From: Chrysemys picta bellii
Lineage: Eukaryota
DNA: 64,000 nucleotides
Reading direction: 5' to 3'
Assembly (NCBI RefSeq): GCF_011386835.1
Contig: NC_088812.1
Location: 12,958,001 to 13,022,000 of the forward strand
The translations under genes were made by a program, and so were the position numbers. Positions 58,001-64,000 of the stretch are shown one piece after another (position 1 is the first letter of the stretch; every line of letters begins with the position of its first letter). Below the pieces are notes generated by a model. It did no database searches and was not told the origin of the DNA. It worked only from the letters and a program-made list of their open reading frames with translations.

Positions 58001-61000
58001 TGAATTACATTCTACTCCCATAATTTCCTTGGGCAGATTCCTCACTTTGTGCATTTCCCATACTGTTGGGTGGTGCTGCTCAGTGCCGTTAAGCAGCTGC
58101 TGCATCCCACCCCAGAGGTGGCTGCATTTCCGTGTGCATTGTTTGTGGTTCAGTTTGTAAAGCACTTTGGGATGTTAGGTGCTGTAGACAGGCAAGATGA
58201 AATCACTGTCAAATGGGAAAACAGCACCAAGTTCTCCGAGGCCATGGGAAGGATCCAGATGGCAAAACTTCTAAGATGGACAAAAGCCAATTCGTGCTCC
58301 GGCAGCAAGTACCTACCATTCTCCAAGAGAGATCTCTTTGCTCTTGGGGATTTCAAGGCCTCCTTTCGTCATCACTGTTTTTTTAAAGGCGTACTGGCAA
58401 CAAAATACAGAGCAAAAGCATCAGCGCAGGAGCTGGGAGAGACGCTTGTGAAATGGTGACAGCTGACTTTCGGAAAAGGACAGAGCCCCCAACACTAGTG
58501 GCACGGAGAAACAAAACATGGGAAATCATGCCAGACAGCCTCACGGCAGAGTAAAGAAGCATGGGAACCATTTTTGTAATTTGAACCGAACTGAGACACA
58601 GATAACGCTCAGAGGTTGATCACCCACAAGCGGATCTTTCAAAGGTAACGAGGACAGGTTAGGAATAAGATTTATCGATCCTCGGAACGTTCACGTTGCT
58701 GAATAACGATCAAAGAAAATCCCTCGAAGGGTATGTCTGCCCTACAGCCACGGGAAGCGACGGCAGTTTGTGTCGACAGAGCCACAGTTACTCAGGCAAC
58801 TAGTCCGCGGCGCTACTATGCTAGCTGAAAGCTCCCGCAGTCACACCCAGTGACCGCCCTGTGGGCAAACTGCCAGCAGAGCTGGGCACAGAGTGACCCG
58901 AGGCTGTCAAGAGAACAGACCGGCCTGCACTCAGCCAAACAACATTTCCCCTACCTCTGCCTGTGTCTTCCAGAAATCTGCCTCCTTGGAGCTGTTCACT
59001 TCGCAGTTAATGACTAAGACATCGGGCAAGCAGCGGATGTTCCGGGTTTGGACCTTTATTCGGACAGACAGAAAGAGGGCGGGTGGGTAAGGGGCCTGGC
59101 CAATGGCCCTGAAGGGAAGATGGGAACCAGACTAGTACTGCGGCCCTGTCTGTCAATTTCCTCTGCCCTCTAGGCTTCCTCCTCCCTTGCAGGCGGGTCA
59201 GTATTAGCCGTGTTCGCAGAGATGGAAACAGGCACGGAGCAGGGAAGCGACTTGCCCGAGGGCTGCAGTGCCAGGCTCAGAACTCGGCTCCCGGTCTAGC
59301 CGCTCCGGACTGCTCCCATCTAGTTGTCTGCACTGTCCAGTCAGAGACAGGGCTTCCCTTGGGAGATGATCGCCCAGGCTAATGGAGCAGGGACTTTCGC
59401 CAGCTCCACCCCTGCCCAGCCGATGCCCGCAATGAAGGGGATACGCAGGCAGCGAGTGGCCATCTCCCAAACTCACCGTGGGCTGGTACTTCTCACAGTT
59501 CTCACACCAGGCCTGGGTGTTCTGCTCCAGACAGATGCTCCTCTTTAAGATCTGGGCGAACTCATAATCTTTGGTTTTATCTGAGGGCAGATGTGAGGGG
59601 AGGGGGGAACAATTTCATTTCATCAAAACAGGAATCCCCAGAGATTGAGTCCAGCTGTAAATTCGAGCCGCCAGACTCCGACAGCCATCTGCTAAAGGTG
59701 TGGTCCACCACGATGGGGGTTAAAAGTCCCCCTCGGTTTCCTGAACCCAAGGAAGATTGAGCCAGCGTCAGCTGCGCCCTGGTTTACAAGGCGCAAGGTA
59801 CCCGCCATCCCCTCCTCGCCCCGCTCCCCCCAGCCCTCTCCGCGCCCCCTGCGCTTACCGTTGCTCTCGGGGTAGGAGAGGGTGAAGAGCAGCGTGGAGG
59901 AGACTCGCACAGTCTCCTTGCCACAGCGGCACATGCTGCAGTTCTCCACCTCGCAGCTGAAGAGCTGCCCGATGACCGAGTCCCCTGAAGACCCAAAGCT
60001 GCCGGAGCAAACGAAGCACGTCTGGGTCAGCAGGGGTGGGGCTGATAACGCGGGAGCCTTTCACGGCCTGGCAGGGCGAGAGCGCGGCACTAGGCCCCCA
60101 CGCGCCCTTCCCGGCCTGGGCACTTGAAGGTGGCAGCTGCCGACAGGATCCTGGGAACCCCAAAGGAGTGGGAGCAGGTATGGAGCTGACTCAGTGGTAG
60201 CTCTCAGTGGTGCCACTGCCAGTCACCCCCCTGGGCAGGGGTGACAAACAGGGCAGGGGTTAGTGAACAGGCTGGGTCAGACCCCTGGTGGCGTGGGCCC
60301 ATCTCCGGCTCTGTGCCCGGGATCAGACCAGCACGGGCTGTGGGAGAGCCAGCACCGTGCCCAGCTCCCGCAGACAGCTCCCACTCCTAGCCCAGCAAGC
60401 AGCGGGTGCCGGGGGGAGGGGTCACCTGCTGCCGACACCCCGATAGGCCTGCGGTCCCTCCTGCTCCTGGGTCTCCTGGTGAAGCTGAGTCAGGATGAAG
60501 CGGTTCCAGCTCTGGATCAGCCGGCCCAGGTTCACTTTGCCCGTGGCCTCATCGGAGTCGGCCAGGATCAGCCCCAGGGCGGACGCCTCTGGGATGGTGC
60601 GGAAGGCACGCAGGAAGTTGCTTCCCTGGGGGAGGGGAAGGATTGGAGCATTGGAGCGGGGGGGGGACCAGAGAAATGGCATTACCCAAATTCCGCATGG
60701 TGCCAAGTGCCCCCTCCGCCCCCCCGGGATCTCATCTGCCAGCAAAGCGAGGCCTGAGTCCCTGCCCTCAAGACTTCCAAGACCCTGTTCAAGAAGCACC
60801 CCTCCCCTTCCCCAACAGCCCTGGTGCTTGGCATCTGCGCCCCACGTACCTGGCACGGGTCCCCCCGGGACAAGTCCAGCATGTGGAAGAGAAAGCCCAG
60901 TTCACAGCCCAGGCAGAACTCCTTCTGGCACAGGTGGTTCTGGACCAGGCAGCGGACGGGCTCCAGGAAATACAGCACCTGGGGAGGCGGCGGCAGGGCA

Positions 61001-64000
61001 AGTGAGCGGGGTGCGCTGGAAGGCCGCAGCAAGCCCTGGCAGGGGAGAGGCTGGGTGCCGGGCTCACCTGGATCATGCAGTTGCAGTAGGCGTTGGGAAT
61101 GTGGGGCTCCAGGCCAGCAAACAGGGTCTTGTTGTAATGTTTGAAGTCAAAGTCCTCCAGGCCCAGCTTAGAGTACTTGATTGTGACCTGGACAGAGGAG
61201 GAAATCCTCAGAAACGAGGGAAAACCTTGGCCCTGAGCTGGTTAATTTCACCAACACACAATCACCTGCACAAGCACTTGTGTGTGGGAGAGCACTCAGT
61301 GAATACACAAGCATTGACACGAGCACACCCCAATACACGAGCACTCGCAATCAGAAGCGATGCTAATACATCACTAGTCAGACCCACGGGGTGGTCAGTG
61401 CGAACCGCCCCCGGGCACTCGGCACCGCTCAGGATCAAACCACAAGTGAGAAATGCTGGCTCCAGCCCACTCTTTTACCCTCCTGCCTGGAGGGGGACCT
61501 GCTTTCTGTATAGGCACCTGGGACAGCAAGGGATCTTGGGGGGGGGGAGCTGGGCCACCCCACTGGGTGGCATGGGCTGGAGGCTGCCTCTCCAGGTTGT
61601 TCCCACATGACCCTTGGGGCACTAGCTCTGCTCTACCCGAACCTGGCTGATCCTTCCTGTGACAGCTCATTACAGCTTCACCTGGCCCCTCCGCTCCCTC
61701 GGAGCCCCGAGCCCCGCTGGCAGACGTTACGAGTCAGACCTTCCTGTATTTCTTCGCCACCATGTAGAGGTGAGGTTCCTCTTCCCGGCCGATTGGGGAT
61801 TCGGGGACCTGGCTGAAACTGTCGAACTCGTTGTCCAGCTCTTTCAGCCGATACGGGATCTGAGGGAGGCAGGAAGGAAAAGGGACAGAGCAGCTTAATG
61901 CTGAGGCCGAGTGTGTCCGGAGCAAGCAACCACCAACACAAACAATGCACGGCCTTGCCCAGATCAACCAGGAATAAAGCAAAAAAGGGAAAGGACACGT
62001 CCCTTCACCTCTGCCTGAGCTCCTCCTTCCTCCTCTTATTCGTTACAACGCTTGGTGCTTTTTTAAATGGTTATGGAACTGCTGGTGCAAACAACACAGA
62101 TCCGTGGTCTGCCAAGGGTTGATTTAGGGCAGTGGTCCCCAACGCGGTGCCCGCCGGGGCATCTATCTGCACCCGCGTACCGGCCGGCGGACAAGCATCC
62201 GCCGAAATGCCTCCGAAAAGCGGCAACGTCAAGAGGCATCGCTGCCGAAAAGGCGCGTCATCAAGAGGCATCGCTGCCAAAAATCAGCGGCATTTCGGCG
62301 GCGAAGCCTCTTGACATTGCCGCTTCTCAGCGGCATTTCGGCGTCAGCTTGTCCGCCGGCCACAGTCCTCGGTGGCTCGTTGTCCGGCACCCGCCAGACG
62401 AAAAAGGTTGGAGACCACTGGTTTAGGGGAACCCCTGGCACTGGGGTCCTCAGACCTTTTCATAGTATGGAGCAGATAATAACTGAGCCCAGAACTGCCC
62501 CAGGTATTCTCTCCCCCCCCCCTTAGAGGCCAGCTCACCCTGTTACATTGCAGAAGAAAACCATCATGTACCAAGAAAAAAGAACAGGAGGACTTGTGGC
62601 ACCTTAGAGACTAACAAATGTATTTGAGCATAAGCTTTCGTGGGCTGTGCCCAAATAAATTTGTTTGTCTCTAAGGTGCCACAAGGACTCCTGTTCTTCT
62701 TGCGGATACAGACTAACACGGCTGCTACTCAGAAACCATCATGTACCAGTCACCGATGTTATGGCCAGAAAGGACCTTAGATCACCTCGTCAGAGCCCCT
62801 GTAGAGCCCAGGATGCAGCACTTCGCCCAGCAACTTGTTTCAAATCCCATTCCACATTAACACCTCACCCGCCACTGAAACGCAGCCCCCTCTGGGGTGA
62901 AACACAGCAGCCGTTCAAACAACGCTCAGCAACAGGACACGAGTCCTGTTGCTGTCAGCTGGGCATGTCCCCACGGAGGTCTCCCAAGCTGGCAGAGAGA
63001 GGCTCAGTACTTCACCCGCACCCACACGTCCGCACACCTGGTTCCGGAGCTTGGTCCTTGGGTTTGGCGCGTAGCCGATGAAGCCCACTTTCTTCATGGT
63101 GCGCAGGATCTCGGGGTCTACAGGCGGGGCCCGCCTACAAAACACAGCACAACTCAAAGACCAGCCAGAAGTTGACAGCCCTGGTCACTTGCGTCCTGGA
63201 TTTGCTCACAGAACCGAGAAAGCAGCTGCACGAACTTCTACCCCAGACACTGGCTCCCACCTCCCCAGCCAAAGTGATGCCAGGACTGTTCCCTGGAAGG
63301 CATTCTATGGCCAAGGCCAGCCAGGGGGCTAACAGGTAAGGGTTTGTGCCCCGGCGAATCACCACCAGACCGCCAAGTGGAGCATGGCGTTTCACTTACT
63401 GCAGCTGCCTCTGGGGTGGAACTCAGCAGCCGACTGCACAGCCATTTAGGACAGGGCCAAAGGAGAATACTAAAGCCGGTCAACTGGGGAAGGGGATATT
63501 TAGATACACAGAATGTAATTACCTAAATTGGAATTTGACCAGGAAGCCGAGGGCAACACCCAGATTCTTGAGGAAGTGCCGTGGGATTTCCCATGACCAC
63601 AAGCAACCAGGACCTCAGAATTACAACTCCTCAGCGCAGAAGGCTGGGGCACTGGTTCGGTACTGACTCCGGAGGGAATGTCTCCTGTTGGATCGTCAGT
63701 ACCACTTCCTGAAGCACCCTACTCTTTCCCCTTCAGTACCTGACCCGGCCCAATGCTGCCTGGCTCAGGAGAGCTAAAGGGAACCATGTCTGAGGTGGCA
63801 GGGCTGCCGTCCGGGGGAGCTCTGTGCTGTACGGCTCGCAGGCTAGTTACATGCTCTTTGCGAGAGCCTCGGTGAGTTACCTGGGCGCAGGGGCGGAGTT
63901 GGCAGCAGGCCAGTCTGACAGCAGCGTCTCGCTGGTCAGCGGCACGGGGATCAGAGAAAGGGGCATGAGGTCCTGGTTCCAGTCCAGGTGAGGCAGGGTG
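52072..64000 (-). CDS. PAN2: PAN2 poly(A)-specific ribonuclease subunit, 3' 20 exons (pseudo-USP and DEDD nuclease domains); the 5' part lies beyond the window
   Basis: Exons: >64000-63881, 63134-63038, 61859-61740, 61187-61068, 60978-60850, 60625-60426, 59998-59859, 59580-59477, 59053-58955, 58393-58317, 57516-57375, 56897-56760, 56527-56468, 55458-55368, 54321-54164, 53954-53811, 53636-53457, 53145-53052, 52594-52397, 52106-52072(TGA). All phases chain correctly. DEDD motifs [15 protein letters not shown] and HDSIEDA are present, and the protein ends [11 protein letters not shown]. Confidence 0.97.
57925..58180 (+). mobile_element. AmnSINE1-like element (3' half) in a PAN2 intron
   Basis: CTGGCCAAA..., GAATTACATTCT, CACCCCAGAGGTGGCTGCATTTC and AGTTTGTAAAGCACTTTGGGAT occur in the order of the recalled AmnSINE1 consensus. 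Confidence 0.78.
62130..62420. mobile_element. hAT MITE with an 8-bp target-site duplication
   Basis: Terminal repeats CAGTGGTCCCCAAC and GTTGGAGACCACTG. Flanks ATTTAGGG (62122-62129) and GTTTAGGG (62421-62428). Confidence 0.88.
62574..62732. mobile_element. Penelope-like element terminal-repeat derivative (palindromic) with a 16-bp target-site duplication
   Basis: CTTGTGGCACCTTAGAGACTAACAAAT...GTCTCTAAGGTGCCACAAG...GATACAGACTAACACGGCTGCTACTC, flanked by AAACCATCATGTACCA at 62558-62573 and 62733-62748. Confidence 0.82.
63505..63720 (-). mobile_element. AmnSINE1-like element (central Deu region) in a PAN2 intron
   Basis: GGAATTTGACCAGGA, GTGCCGTGGGAT, GACCACAAG, GCTGGGGCACTGGTTCGGTACTGACTC and CCACTTCCTG..GCACC match the reverse complement of the recalled consensus. 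Confidence 0.75.

Overview
GC-rich vertebrate genomic DNA, almost certainly from a turtle, judged from its repeat content (turtle-type CR1 3' ends, hAT and Harbinger MITEs, a Penelope-type terminal repeat, AmnSINE1). Manual exon reconstruction with GT-AG boundaries and consistent phases gives five genes in the same order and orientation as human 12q13.3: ANKRD52 (first coding exon only, minus), COQ10A (5 exons, plus), CS (11 exons, minus), CNPY2 (5 coding exons, minus) and the 3' 20 exons of PAN2 (minus, running off the right edge). All reconstructed reading frames are intact. Most long ORFs in the supplied track are artefacts of GC-rich minisatellites or are antisense to real exons. I found no prokaryotic-type system, CRISPR array, tRNA or rRNA. 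The most notable unexplained structure is regulatory: a 41-bp repeat array with 8 CCAAT boxes upstream of CS; three ZNF143/THAP11-type motifs spaced exactly 64 bp apart at COQ10A; a 1.8-kb hairpin-forming higher-order minisatellite in CNPY2 intron 1; a candidate orphan exon and promoter between PAN2 and CNPY2; phase compatibility for a CNPY2-CS read-through; back-to-back poly(A) hexamers between the convergent COQ10A and CS genes; and a Penelope-derived palindrome flanked by a target-site duplication. Repeat family names and orthologue comparisons come from recalled consensus sequences, not from database searches.
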